Assembly (NCBI GenBank): GCA_030704615.1
Contig: CM060731.1
Span: forward strand, 69,192,001 to 69,256,000
DNA: 64,000 bases
From: Takakia lepidozioides
Taxonomy: Eukaryota; Plantae; Bryophyta
Direction of reading: 5' to 3'
Shown: positions 36,838-50,800 of the stretch, one piece after another
Layout of the letters: every line of letters begins with the position of its first letter
How positions within the stretch are numbered: position 1 is the stretch's first letter
Translations under genes and position numbers: made by a program
Notes under the pieces: model-generated
Database searches by the model: none
Seen by the model: the letters and a program-made list of their open reading frames with translations, nothing else
Told to the model about the DNA's origin: nothing

Positions 36838-39800
36838 TTAATGATTGGCAAAAAGCTGTGAAAGTGCACTGTAAAGTGGGGCTGCAGCCCTTGGGGGCCC
36901 TACCCCGCCCATCAAGAGGTCCACTGGTCTAATAGTTGGGTCTCCGTAAAAGGATATATTAGCTGAAGAACGTGTTGCAACCACATTGCCCTCAAGAGAG
37001 CACCCCACAAATGCGCCTGAAACACCAGCCCACACTATTAAACTCATGAACTAAGCACTGCCGCTGTACCCCTCTACCATTGGCACAGATCTAGCACATA
37101 CAGTGGAGCACAGCCACCATAGAGAACATAAGGGAGCAGAAATAAAATGAAATGAAACTTTATAACGTCCGCGGAAAGCTCAAAAAATGTCCGCATAGAG
37201 AGTGCAAGAAACGAAAATAAGGTGCACCCACAGAAAACTAGAGAGCCTACAGGAGAAGAAAGAAAGAAAGAAAAAAAAAGGAGACTTTATCCAGTGCATG
37301 GTGACCCTTCCCATGGGAGAAAAACAAGGAAAGAGAGAGGAAAGCCAGAGAATGACTCAGAGGTGTTAAAATACCAATACCTTTGCTACGACTGTAGGTG
37401 TAGCAGGCAGCTGCCCCTCCATCACCCGCTCGAACATCAGCTTCGGCAGCTCTGCCCATGGGTCCGGCCGCCACACTTAGCCCAGCACCCACTGCTAGAT
37501 GCACTCGCCCACCAAATGCTTTCACTGCACGAGCTGTCCGCAGCACTATAATAAAGTCTGTCAGCTCCCCACCAGCCTGCAAACCAGCAATGCAGTCATA
37601 AGATACCAGATTAGAAACCAGATTGACAGTTCGAATTTCCCATGGATCAGTATGTTCTGGGGCTGTGCATGTATGTTCATATATATGTGTTCGAAGTTTG
37701 AGTGCAGGAAGCTCCCTATGACTCTTGCCTATAACCTATCTGCAAGATACCAACCCACCCATGGCCACTCATCAGGTTTTCACCCACTAGGGTATGGAGC
37801 ACTGTTTCAGTGTTATCCAGAACAACATTGAGGGCTTAAAGTGACATCATACTAGAGGGCATAGTACAGCTTCCAGCACTCATGTAATCTCTCGTTCAAA
37901 CATATGTGAGACCCCTGTGAGACATGTAGGTGTGGATGCAATGCCAGCCGATGCTGCACAGTACTAAGAGAATGTACGCATAGGAAAACGTAGCTGTTCG
38001 AGCTTCCACATATCCCCTACGAGCCTTTCACAAAAGGATCAATCTGTTGCGTGTGATCCGCAACAGTTAGACCCCAACAGGGCTTTAGGTTCAGCCTCAA
38101 GATTTTGAAAGTTTGTAGACAGAGGTGCAGGGACTATGTTCTTGATGTACCCGAAGAGGGTTGCTCTCTCATGAGAATAACCCAGGCTGTGTATCAGAAC
38201 ATGGATATTGTGTTCAGGCTGCCCAGACATTGGGCATTGACAAACTCCATTTCCTCTCTGCATCTGTTCATTGTTCAATGGTAGACTCTGAGTTTACATT
38301 TCAGTGTAGTGCTGAGAATAGGTAGGCCTTTCAGGTCACCTTTAAGGTCCTCACCCATGTCACTGTACTAAGAGAATGTACTCATAAGATGTTATTTGGC
38401 TGCTTGTGGCCATAGACCCCGCACCCAGTTTGGGCGGAACAAGAGGGAATGGACACAACCTTTCCTCACCCCGGTAGTGGGACTTACCTTGATATAAACA
38501 ATTAGTTCGGGCTTTCCAGATATCCTCTAGAAAGCCTTTCAACCAAGCATCCATCTGCTGTGTGTGAGCTGCCCGGCAACTAGACCCCAACAGGGCCAGG
38601 GCTTTAGGCTCAGCCTGGAGACCAAAAGAGCCCATGGGACAGAGAGAATGTACTCATAAGACGTTGTTTGCCGTAGCCTTGTGGCCATTGACCCCACGCC
38701 CAGTTTGGGCGGAACACAAAGGGACAGAACCTACCCTTGTCAGGGGCCGACGTCGGTAGTAAGACTAACCTTGGAATAAACAATTGGTCCGGGTTTTCCA
38801 GATATCCTCTAGAAATCCCTTTACACAAGCATCAACCTGTTGTGCGTGGTTTGCCCAATAACTAGGCCCCAAAAGGGCCTGGGCTTTTGGCTCAGCCTCG
38901 AGACTTTCAAAGTTGGTAAACAGAGGTACAGGCACAATTCCCTTGATAGATTTGAAGAGAGCATCTATTTGGTGAGAGAACCCCGGACAATGAATCAGAA
39001 AATGAATATTGTCTTCACACAACGGGCAATTGCACTCCCCTCTGCTTCTGTTTGCTGTTCAACAGTAGGCTTCCTGCCCTGACTTTAAATTTCAGTCTAG
39101 TGCCGAGAGTGGGTAGACCCTTGAGGTCATCCATGATGTCCTCCCCCATGTCACAGGCTGGAAACAAGTTCGGGGAAGTTTTCTGCCTAACTTCATTTTC
39201 ATCACACAATTTCCTGGCAACAGACATGACTTTGGACACTACAGCCTCTAAGCCAGATTTATCCAGCAGGGTCAAGACTTACGGGCTAAGATTCAGATCC
39301 TTGAGAATCTCTTCTACTCTCTTCCGCCAGGACTTAGCCTGTTTGACTGGGTGATCCTGCTTCCAAGATATAGAGTTGATTAGATTAGGATATCTGATGT
39401 TGGACATATGTTGCAGCTGACCCCACCATCTAACCTTGAATTCATCTCGTCGGGAGCTGAAGGAAGGGATGCCAAACTCACCCCAAAACAGCCACATTGG
39501 CTGTTCGGGATGGGACAGAGAGAGAGAGAGAGAGAGATCCTAACCTGGGGCCCCCAGCCAACCCCACATGAGGCGATTGCAGATGGAGCTGACCAAGTGC
39601 CATCACTTCTACGAGCAACCACCAGGCCTGTCCCAATCTTGTAAGTCACCATGAACCCTGCTTTCAGAACTGTTAGAATCGCCAGCCCTTTGGCTCCCCT
39701 GAGCACTGCATCAGGAATTGACTTCTCTGGCTTTATCCTTCCTATCTGCATCCACAGACCCACAAGGATCTCAGGTTTCTCGCCCAAATTGCCAAGCTTT

Positions 39801-42800
39801 AGGGAACCTACTATTGGAAGTCTCAAGCCTATGGATAGGTTTAGTGATACTGCACCAGGTCAGGCTACTGCTAGCAGTTAAGAGGTGGGCACGTTTTAGT
39901 GTAGCTTGTAAGGCAATTTTTAGTACCACTTCTTCCCAAAAGACTTGTGTACCCCCTGAGTACCCAATTTTGAGAGGCAATGCCTTTAACCGGGTTTCTG
40001 TGGACCACCTTAGTATGAACAAGACAAGCGTATGTCGATGTGAATCATGTACCACTACAGCAGGGAGCCTAACCAGTGGGTAAAAGGGAGACAACACTAG
40101 GTTGAAGAGTTACAGGTTTAGCGACATGCCCCAAGGCCCAACTTAATCATCAAACTGGAAAGAGCGCATATTGATTCCAGGTATCTACCTTGTAGTAGCT
40201 GCGGAGGGTGTTTGTGGCCTTGTATATCTCATGCTCCATGGTGATTCCAAGAGGGCTGTTCACCCATGCCCGCATACAACTCATATCAGTTACATCATGA
40301 GTTGCCAACTGAGCCGCATTACTGACACGGTCAGCCAACATATGTTGGACAGGGTCCAGCCTCTCACAGCAAGCACCACAGACCCGCTGGGGATCGTTTT
40401 CCCGAAAATTCAACGGCAGCAGACACCATCGGGAGGAGCATTCCCCGCAAAATAAACCCCCACAGAACCTACAGTGATGTCTTGCACATGCCAATGGTCG
40501 AAAGCTCTTTGTACATTGCATGCATGTTGTTGCTGCGCTGTCGGGTACCCATTGAGGAGGTTCCGCCTCTAGTATGCTTCGTATTCCTCCTCGAACATGT
40601 TCGTTGGGTCCAGAGAGGAGGGGGGGAGCACTTGGGATGTGGTCCTGGATCCGCGTGTTGTCTCGTGCCATCTATTGCAGTGAGTCCAGATGCTGGTTAG
40701 TAACTACAAGTGATTAATAATGGTAACTGAGCTTCTTAGTGAGCATATGGATGACACTTGTCGGAAATCAGCAAAGGTCCTCGTATGAAAACTCCAAGAA
40801 ACTGTTAGATAAAGCCAAGAAGCTATATGGGGTGCGCAGAGGCCGTAGCAACAAACATTTACAGCTATGATAAGTGATTTGCATACAAAAAAGGCTAGTA
40901 TCTGTTTACTGAAAGCACATTGTTCCTTTGAACAATGCAAGCATATTCCACAGAGATGACAGTGAAAACAAGCCAATTTGAGTGGGAATTTTGTCATGTA
41001 GATAACTATTTAGTGATGGATATGTCAACCTGCTCACAACTCGCAATAGTGATCATCTGTGAAGATTAAGTTAGCAGCAAACACAAAACCCGAACATACA
41101 AGAGAGATCCCAGTCCCTAGGTACTGTTGCAACACCGTAGGTGGTCTTCAAACCACAAAGAGAAGTACTACATCATTCGACATGCCAGGAGTATGAACAG
41201 CTTGCGGCACTGAGTACCTAGGGTGCTCCTGACAAGGAAGAAAGGCATTGCCACCATACCAAACGAGTTCTCGGACTATTGTATGTGGTGAAGTCCGGCC
41301 ATGTCTGTACGGAAGTGTCCTCATGTGATGTTTGCAACCTTGTCGTCCCTGAAATGATGTTTATTAACCCATTCAGCACATTCCATAGATTCACTTCTGG
41401 AAGGTCACGTCTCTCCTCATCACATTGAGCTCTGTCTGCATACCACCCACCAACCTGGCCAGAGAAGTCACCCCCATAGTAAACTCCTCCGCTGTCCTTG
41501 AACCCTTTAGGAGGAACAGACACTGGGATCCAAGCTCCTGTCTCCTCAGGAAGTGGTAGATCATACATAAGCATCCGGGATCTGGGCCTCTCCCCTGTTT
41601 CTACCAGTGCCATGGCATGAGAGGCATCTTGTTGGGCCGCCATGGCTGCCATTCGCTCAGATTCTGCCTCTACAGCACATGTGGCAGCAGTTGCGGTTTC
41701 AGCCCGCTCAAGCACCTCTCTGAGATCCAAGTTGAGGCCTAGACTCAGCTCTGCATCGAAGGGTGTACGACACAGTGGGCATAGCGGCGTTACTGAATGC
41801 ATCTGCACCTGCAGCCAAGGTTCATGTGATCACTGTTACAATCAGAAAAAGCTACAGATCGATGATCATGATGCAATACACCAGTGTTGCAAGATAAACA
41901 AACCTGTTCAAGGGCAATTGTACTGCAGAAAATATTCCAATATGATGTTTAGATCCAAGTATGCTGAGCCAACCGTCTTAAATTAGTGTTCCGCAGACAT
42001 TGACACTCAGAAGTAATAACAAGGTCCAATTTCTCGAGCCAAGCACAGCTTAAAACACCTTGGAAAGATTCATCATACTGGCAAAAGCAAACTAGAGGTT
42101 TGACAGCTCACAAGAAACTTCCAACTTTCACAAGCAGCTTAACAATAACAAACTCTCCAGGGTTGTCTGGAAAAGTTCGGGCATTCAAAATACAGAAGGG
42201 ATGCGACCAGAAGGTACTACGTATTGCCTGCCGCAATCTAAGTGATGAAAGAGCTGTATGTTAGGGTTCAGGTGATGCTGTGGGTTAGAGCATGTGCATG
42301 TGTATGCATGAGAGATGAAGTCCAGTGAAATCCCAGAGAACTTTTGGGACAAGAACACACAGAGAGAATAGACAGAGGGAACGTACCACTGATTATTTGC
42401 TAGGATATTGGCTGTGTACCCTTAGGGCAGAGTCCCAACAGGATATTGAAACCAAGCTAAGAAACACAGCTTGAAACTGAACATACCACTCACCCAAAGC
42501 CACCAGCCATCCAATTACCTGGACAAGTGTTTGAGTTCAGGGCTAGCGTTAACATCATACTCGGAAGCATGCTGCCGATTGCCTACCGTTGCCCTCTATC
42601 TTGATACATACGGGAGACTAGGGAAGAGAGCAGAAGAAAATGCCACAAGGTTAGCAGCAGGGAAGTACCCACCTTCTGCAGGCACCCAAGGCACCCATTG
42701 TGACCACAAGCGAGTGATGCCGGGCCACCATTACTGCCCAAAACATCAACACATACAGCACATGTTGGCAAATCCTCGCTGTCAAATGCGACGTGTTTCT

Positions 42801-42840
42801 TTGACCCCGTCTTCCCAGAATACTTATCCCCCTCACTCAT
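36838..42840 (-). CDS. RING-FYVE-SYLF(Ysc84) protein, CFS1/FYVE2-like (~591 aa). Exons 42840-42673, 41808-41260, 40671-40189, 39745-39545, 37576-37381, 37016-36838
   Basis: C3HC4 RING CAVC..CGHNGCLGC..CPLC; FYVE WVPD..CMQC..RHHCRFCG..RVC; SYLF IPDAVLRGAKGLA..GTGLVVARRSDGTWSAPSA..GGELTDFIIVL..YTYSRSKGAFVGCSLEG. All introns GT-AG with consistent phases; in-frame TAG upstream of the ATG. Confidence 0.9.
37972..39509 (-). mobile_element. Three head-to-tail 5'-truncated copies of one LINE family (RTEX/L2-like ORF2 C-terminus) in an intron
   Basis: Each copy has (LE)AEPKA..LLG...W K and a TACATTCTC tail. The longest (38648-39509) has WGEFG...RWWGQL...FKVRAG...EDNIHFLIHC and TSD ATGGGACAGAGAGA (38634-38647 and 39510-39523). 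Clade assignment is tentative. Confidence 0.75.
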
Positions 42841-45329
42841 CCCCAATTTAGTGTACTGTGCAAGTATTGACCCCAGAGAAATCTATGAAAGAACGCTCTT
42901 GCATCTCTCTGGTTCTCTATCTGTGTCTTCCTTTCTATCTTCCTTCAGGATGCACAGTTTCTCGCAACTACAGCAAGCCCTGTTTCTTCTTCGGTCTGTA
43001 CTCTTCGTATTTCCCTCTTGAAATTTCCTCCCTACCTTGCACCATCATCCAATTTGAAGTCTTCCCACTGATGAGGAACTCAAAGTAGTCCTCCTTGACG
43101 TGTGCTACCTAAAACACAAAACACACGTGCCATATTCACACACTTAACGACTTAAGAGATAGTCAAACCAACCACATCCAAAACAGGGGGATTAGATGAA
43201 GGAGCACGACAGGCTCAGTTTTGAAGAGAAGAGATGCCCTATAGCCAGACATGCACATATTTAGCAAAACTAGTAGAATATTCAGTTGCAGATCCTGGCT
43301 GTCGGTGTTGATTGTCAGCTACAATCCAAGAAGCTAAAACGGTCCCTTGATGGGACAATAGACTCTCCAAGCATACCAGGCACACAGGACCTGGCATAAA
43401 TCAAGCATCAACAGTGGCAACCTGCCCAGCCACCACCATGCCTTCAAAATTGGGCTCCGATTGCCGCTCAACAGTAAACAGGGTTATCATCTTCATGGAT
43501 ACATCTACAGCTGTCCCCTAACCAAGGTTAACTTTTACAGGGCACCTGTCAAACTTCAGCAGTCCGCCTTCGCTCCCAATCCCAGCAGCAGAAGAGAGTA
43601 TTTGGTGCCAATTCCGAATCAGCACTTATTACTAGACGAGAAAGAATTTGAAAGGGCATCTTGGCTACTTCCAAAGACAATTGTCACAAGATCTCTCTGG
43701 TCCGAATTGTAATTGTCAACAACCATAACCTAACAGCATTCAGTGTCCTAACAACGTATCCGATATGTGCGGTACAATGAATACAAACTGCACGGATACA
43801 GGCCAACTCGATTTAGAGACAATCAAATTCGTGATTACCCTGCAAACCCTTCAAGAGAGTTGGGTTTTAACTCGACGACAATTGCCTTCCCCAACTACCG
43901 GAGCCTTGAATGGCAGAACCATATGAATAAAACATTCTCGATTTGCGGCCTCCAGCAACTATGATGAATTCAGACTTCATTCCCACATCCAGCGGACGCT
44001 GGGTGCGCACCCTCTAACTCTTATAACCTCACCCAAAACAAATGGGAGAGCAGTCCAATTCAACTACCCATAACCAGGACGACTTCTTATCACATCCCTT
44101 CCAGTATACATCAACCGCTGTTCACAAACACCAACACCCACAAAACGGGCACAGGTATCGAACACCGAAATTCCCACTAATCGAGATGCTCACCTGGCGC
44201 AAGAGATCAAATTGACGACGACAACATACTCTTCATGACTCTTACACCATCACCCACCCCAGACAACAGAAAAATTCTCCACCTCCTCCCTCAAAAATCC
44301 CCACTAGAGTCGACCAAAGGAGACAAGAGCACCCACATGATGATAGTTTGTTGCAGAGTCCCCGCCCCCTCCTCCTCCTCCTCCAATTCCAATTCCAATT
44401 CCTCTCGCACGCAGGGTAGCTTCAATTCCCAGGAAAGCCCTAACTCAGGCTACAAGTTTTGAGATGAAGTAAGACCCACGCATAGAAACGACAGAGTGCA
44501 GCAACCCAAGTGTCTGTATGCAGCATTCCAGCAGGCAACCTTCCCGGAACGAGAGCACTGCATCCTTCTAACTCCGGGAGGCCAACAAACAGAAGAAAGA
44601 CCAAAAAGAAAAAATTGCCAAAAGGCTCATGAGACGTTTGTCATCCGTTATCAGATGATGAGGAGCGCAGGATGCTCCTATTCACGTCTATTTCATATCA
44701 TCGCCTTTCAGGCATTCAGAGTTGATCCCCGCTCCTACCACATCCGAAAGCATGTGCTAACCATGGAATCAACTACTTTGCTGTTGATACAAGGTGTTTC
44801 ATAATTGTACATATAGTCAACGTGTTGCTCTGAAGTACTAGTAGTGACGACTCTTAAGAACAATGTTGAAGTTTTACAACAAGTTCAACAATTATTTCAT
44901 TTTGATTCGAAATATATTTTTTACTGAAAATAATAAGAATAAGGGGTATTCGACAACTACTTACCCTCCCACATTCCCCCGTTGTGGCCATTACAAGGTG
45001 TTTAGTGTTTACCTTCCAAAGGGAAGATAGTAGTTCTACATAGTGATGTTACACCATACCTTGTATGTGCTTCGACAGGAGTTTTTTTTCCATCTTTTAT
45101 CCTTATATGGACTGTTTGATATCTCTTTGTATTTTAAATTTTAAGTAAAAAATTGATCTTTAAAAACTTTCAATTATCTGTAGAGATGTTTATAAATCGT
45201 AAAAATATTTATTTTTTACTTTTCACTTTTTAAATTTTAGTAAGTAAACGTCAGATATTTAAACATAGAGACTAAATAAATGTACATACATCTAGCATTT
45301 TTTTAATGTGTATTCATAATATATGGATA

Positions 45330-47177
45330 GATTTTTATAAAAAGGCGTTGGCCAATTCATTAATTTTTGTGGAAAAATTAACCCCATTGATGCCATAAGG
45401 CATGATACACATCCATGGGATGAGGGACGAGCCCGAGACATAATCAAGAGAGACTGCCGAACCGGCCATGACGAGGACCAAAAAGGTCCGGGGATGAGAG
45501 GACGGTCGACCATACCCCATGCAGTTCAATGATGCATAAATGCAGAAAATTAAGTGTTGTATTGTACCCCTACGAAGAAGGATCAAAATTTGTAATTGCC
45601 TGCCTGTGAGGACTTTGACGAGCATTCTGGAGAGCCCGGGAAGAAAGACGATGTGATCAGTGATCGAAGTTGAGCTTCAGCAAACTCTTGCCCTTGATGT
45701 GTCTCCAGTTAATGTCGCGGTCGAAGTCTGGCAATTCAGGGCAGTGGCAAGTTGCAATTTCTCCCATGCACACCCTACCTTTAAAATTCTATTTGCGATC
45801 TGCCAGAGAAAGGCAGCCAGCTTTGCAGGTCTGGTTTTGACCCATATGCCTTTCCAGATTATTTGCCATCGCTCGTTTCGAAATCCATAGGCTCTCCATT
45901 TGTTGTCCCATTTGGAGAAGGGTATGGAGCTAGTGTTGAGGCACTTGTACCCTTTTTTGGAAGTGTATTGAAAAAAAGATGGTTTTCCATCAAGATCCCA
46001 TGTCCATTCTTGAGGGTCCAACTGAAGTTGATAGGTTTGCCCCCAATCCATACAAATGTATTTGCCTTGATCCAAGCAATCAAGGCGGACCCGGGAGGCT
46101 TAGCGGGGTTCATGAGCTTTTCACTAGTTGACCATTGGCATACTCTGACAGGGGAGAAGTTCCACCCTTTGATGTTGACCGGGTGTGCTTGAATGAGGTG
46201 CAGGATGTTTGATTGAGGGCAGCAGTGCATAGCGAGGCCAGTGATTTGAATGCCGCTGAAATCTGTCACGTAAATGACTTGATTAGGTCTGGCTGAGCAT
46301 GTAACCCAAGTGTCGGGCAATGGAGGCAAAGGCCTCTACTGGAGGATGCATATCCAAGATGCAAGGATGGTCTGGATAATGTTGGATAACCTGCATTTCC
46401 TCTGGCTGCTCCTACAATCTGGTTTATGTGCCCCTGGCACCATAGTGCTGAGCCCGACCAGATATTTCCGATCTGTGCAATTCCATGGTGATCCCAGGCA
46501 GACCACCTCTCCGCAGCTCCACGGTCAATCTGGTTGTGAGTGTTGGAGTTAAGGAAAAGATGTTGACGAATGACTTCCTCGTAAGATGAGGGCACTCCTT
46601 TGATGAGGTATGGCCTCAACCTGCCCCATGCTTTCCATATTGTTTTCCATAGCGGAGAGCCAGGCTCTTTATGCTTGAAACCATTAACAATCCAACGAAC
46701 TGAGCTTGACCACTGGATTTTTCAGGGGGGAGCTTTGAAGGATATGCCTCAGAACCAGTGGTTTCCACAAGGAAGAATGGGGTCCCAATAGTCTCAAGAT
46801 CCATTTTCCAAGTAAGGCGTCTATTTGGTTGGCTGGATCCAAGATACCAAGCCCCTCTAGCTTTCTTTTGCTGTAGATTTGGGCCCAAGAAATTGCAGGT
46901 CTGATGTGCTGAGTATTGGAGCTTGCTCCCCAAACAAAATTTCTTATGATTCTCCTCATTTCTTTTAAGTAGGCTGGGGATGGGCTCCACACGGATGCAA
47001 AGTACCAAATGCTGGCCATAATAACCTGGTTGGCTATCAGTGCCCTTCCAGTTAGAGAGAGGTGTGTGGATCCCCAGAAAACAAGTTTGCGTTTCAGCTT
47101 GTCTATGATTGGTCATATTTTTTGCTCTTCCGAAAGGTTGACACCGAATGGAAAACCTAGAAGCTTGGTACTTTTGA
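45330..47177 (-). mobile_element. Decayed L1/Tx1-type LINE ORF2 3' portion
   Basis: KLLGFPFG...KLVFWGSTHLSLTGRALIANQVIMASIWY; ISWAQIYSKRKLEGLGI; WQIIW...PAKLAAFLWQIANRILKVG (zf-RVT region). Multiple stops and frameshifts; boundaries approximate. Confidence 0.85.
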
Positions 47178-47412
47178 GGGAAGCTAGCGTGTGAGCGCGT
47201 TCACGTGAGCAGACTTTGTTAAGCGTGAGCAGATTTCTTAAGCGTGAGCACATCAACGACGCAATGGCGTGAGCACGTGAGCGTACGCTCACGCATGAGT
47301 GACGTGGCGTGAGCGTGCACCCACGCTGACATGGCGTGAGCGTCATGTCAGCATGCTGATGTGGCGACAAATGATGACGTGGCACTGTCCGTCATCTGCC
47401 ACGTCAGCATTA
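47178..47412. repeat. Probable terminal/subterminal region of the Mutator-like element; clustered CGTGAGC and TGACGTGGC motifs
   Basis: About 8-9 CGTGAGC/GCTCACG copies in 47189-47342, then TGACGTGGCA...TGCCACGTCA inverted pair. It abruptly truncates the LINE. Confidence 0.6.
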
Positions 47413-47858
47413 ACATGCGCCGCCTATAACCGAGGATGGTCCTATGACCGTGGAATTAATGCAGGGAATCTTGCCTAAATAGAATCAAGACTACCATGAG
47501 CGCCTACAATTGTAGCATCCAACATTGTGCAATTACAAATGTTTGTTTCACTTTCACAATTACGAGGACGAGAAAATATCCTCACAAAGTGTTCGCCATA
47601 GAGGCTGCCACGGGAAGACCTTCCTCCCTCCTCAAATAACAATGAGAGTTAGGATCATCTTCAAAAGATGATTGTAGTGCATAGCGACAGCAAGACATGT
47701 AGACTTCGAACGGTGCAATGACAAATGTGCTTTTAAAAGTTGCCACTCAGAGCTCACTCAGTATAATTGGAGGCCATATCATTGCACCGCCGACGAATTG
47801 ATGTGAATTACACATTTCAAAATCATGGTCGTCCACATACCACATTGCATAGTTGATG

Positions 47859-50800
47859 TTACCCATGTGTTGTATCCCGCTGCAATAGAGTATCGACCTC
47901 GTTGAAACTCATAGTGGCCTGGTGAATGAAGTTGTCACGTTTGGGATCGCAAACCATCCTCTTCAAAAATATGAAATACAAATGTTTGCAGGGTATGAAT
48001 TTACCTCTCTTGCCCAAACTGGTTGATAGCATATTCACAAAATCAGGACATGTGCAATTGGGGAAATTGGAAACCGTGATGTCGTAGGTCCTGTCATGAA
48101 CAGCAGATGTGGAAGTGATGATTGTGAATACCTGACCATATCCTGGATCGGGTACTTCCGTGGTGCTTCCAACACGAGCTTGGAGCATTCTTGATCAGGA
48201 TTTGCCGGGGGGACCCGGGAGGACGCAGAAGTAGTAGCACATGCATGGAGTTGGGGTTGTCTCGCAAGGGAAAAGTCTGCCTCCTCCAGCATTTCAATCT
48301 CCTGAAATCTGAGATGTGTTCCCACCTTCACGGACCAAACGGTTGGAGGAGATGGCTTCATCACTACGGAAGGACACACAGTTCCATGCACACATCTGGC
48401 ACAATCATCTGCGCAGAACCAGAACTTGTGGTTCTTGGCTTCTGGTTGACCGTATGGACGCATCAAACCCGTGAAAGTCGGAGCAGGAGTTCGGGCACCA
48501 CCTCTGGATATAGATGAAGTGCACTTCTCGAAATTAGTTGCCCTGATCGCTGTACATTTCACACAAGACCCTACACTTGTGCGTTCTATGTACCAAACGT
48601 GGTCGGGACATGCGGACTCAAGCACATCAAGGGGGTTGTTTCTCTCCTGCACCATTTCAGTGGCACTGTTTGATGCTGGAGTTTGTCGTCGTGTTGGAGG
48701 TTCCTCCACAATGGAGGTTCCGGACATGGAGCTGTCATGCAGGGGAACACGAGGCTTCGAGAAGTTATCATGGTTGCCATGTGTGAATCGGAATCCGAAC
48801 CAGGTAGAGTGTTCAATTTCCTCTTACAGGAGCCGAATCTCTCCTCCCCTTCAAGATGTGGAACTCTAGAAACAAGTGTCAAAACATGGCAAAAGAATCA
48901 CCATAGAGAGAAGACCTACACATTAAAATTCAGTGGAACCTGGCATGCTTCACAGAAGGAAAACACCAAAAAAGCGACTTCATAGAGTCATGAACAGAGA
49001 AAATTTGGTGTCTCCATTTTTGCGCAAGATGGCTGGATTTGGAGGGCCACCAAATCTTACTGGACATGCCTACACAGCTCTTCGCCAATGGGTTTAGGGG
49101 AACCTCATACATCACAGAACCCAGACAAACAATGTTAGTGAACTCAGAATTACAAGTGGAAGTTGAGAGAGAAGACTCTGGCCAAAGCTAGCATAAACAA
49201 GAGCCACTTCCCCTTGCAAAGGCTTGGATTCCAATGTTCCCTGGGCATACATGCTCACCACCCGTGCTATCTTGATTGGATCCCCAGATCTGTTTGCAGC
49301 ACGCAACATCAACTCCCATTTGTCCGGACCCTTGCCACCAACCCCACCTCGCAAGAAATCACGGTATCGGGTTTGTTGTTGCAAGGCACATATCAAATCA
49401 TATGTTGTTGCCACATACAAATCCCGACCTCGTTTCCCAGACTGCTGCAACCATGCGTTGTGCACAGTTTCTGCCAAATTGCAAGATGGCATGTCCGCCA
49501 TTTCCTCAATGGACATGTTCTGCAAAGTGAAGAACCACACTTCAAAACAGTGAATAGAAAATAACATAAAGAAAGCGAGGAGACAATAAAATGGAAAGTA
49601 AATGTATGAATGAAGCAAGAAATATAAGCCTCGTACCACTGCCATGGCTGCTCCCCACTGTCTATACCGGAAGTGCCAAAACGCCAGCCAATCTTCCAAT
49701 GCTCTCATACTCTCAAGTGATGCAGCTCCAGAAGAGAACCACCAGGCACGAATTGTCTGGAACAAAGTGTCCGCCTCCTTCATTGTTCTAGCATCTTTGT
49801 ACTCTTTGCACAATTTACAGTGCTGAGTCTGCATCTCTGGTTTGATGTCCGACTTTGTATGTTTTTCCAGAGATTGTGTCCCTTGGAATAGACATGTACG
49901 CTCTCTTCCTCGCATTGGCATTTTTGGGTCGCCCGATCCGAAGACAATACGAACAGCATTGAAATTTGCTTGAGCACTATCCGCCATGAAACCTGCAAAA
50001 TTTGGAGATGGCAGCCCATGACACGTATCAGAGAATTCCACATGAACTTCTGGGATTCCGTATCCTCGGATTGCATGTCACAAACTGCAATTGTCATAAC
50101 TCGTTGGTACACTGGATCGTAGACATGACAAGCCATTGTCGTCCAATCCTTCACTCGTTTCACATGATCAAACATAAGAAAACAGTTCTGCAAGTCCCCA
50201 GTCTTCTGCATCCGCTTCACGAGGCTAACCCCACTGCCCTCCCCAACAGTCGACATTTTGAAAAGAAAAACTTTGATGGCACCTTGACCTTGGAATACAT
50301 TGTCCTGGATGTAATCGTACTTGCTCACTCGTTTCAATTCCAAAATGTTGTCTATGTAGCCTCTGATACCAGAGCCCATTCTTAATGCATTGATCTGATG
50401 CCGAATGTTAGGTGAACTCAAAGTGGAGAAATGATCCATGACCAGGTCCAATGTTGCACCGTCAAGTTTAGTCCCCACAGAATCCCCTTCACTCAAAATA
50501 TGGCTTTCCAAGAATGACTTGTTTGCGCCAAGAGCAATTGCAGATGTTGTTGCGGATGGGTTTCTCCCGAACTCCTGTTGAATCAACCTCGATACTGTCT
50601 CAACACTCTCCTTGTAATCCCCCTTCGAGACATGATGGTTATGGAATCTGAAATGCACACAAACTCTTCTCATTGTTTTCAAACGGTGGACAACATAGTA
50701 CATTCTTGCTCCACAGAGCGCCAAGCAGGATGGCACAAGTTTGCAGAATTTGCAGACGAAAATGTTTGCCGGTGGTGGGGCAGTCCCAGGCTGAAATGGA

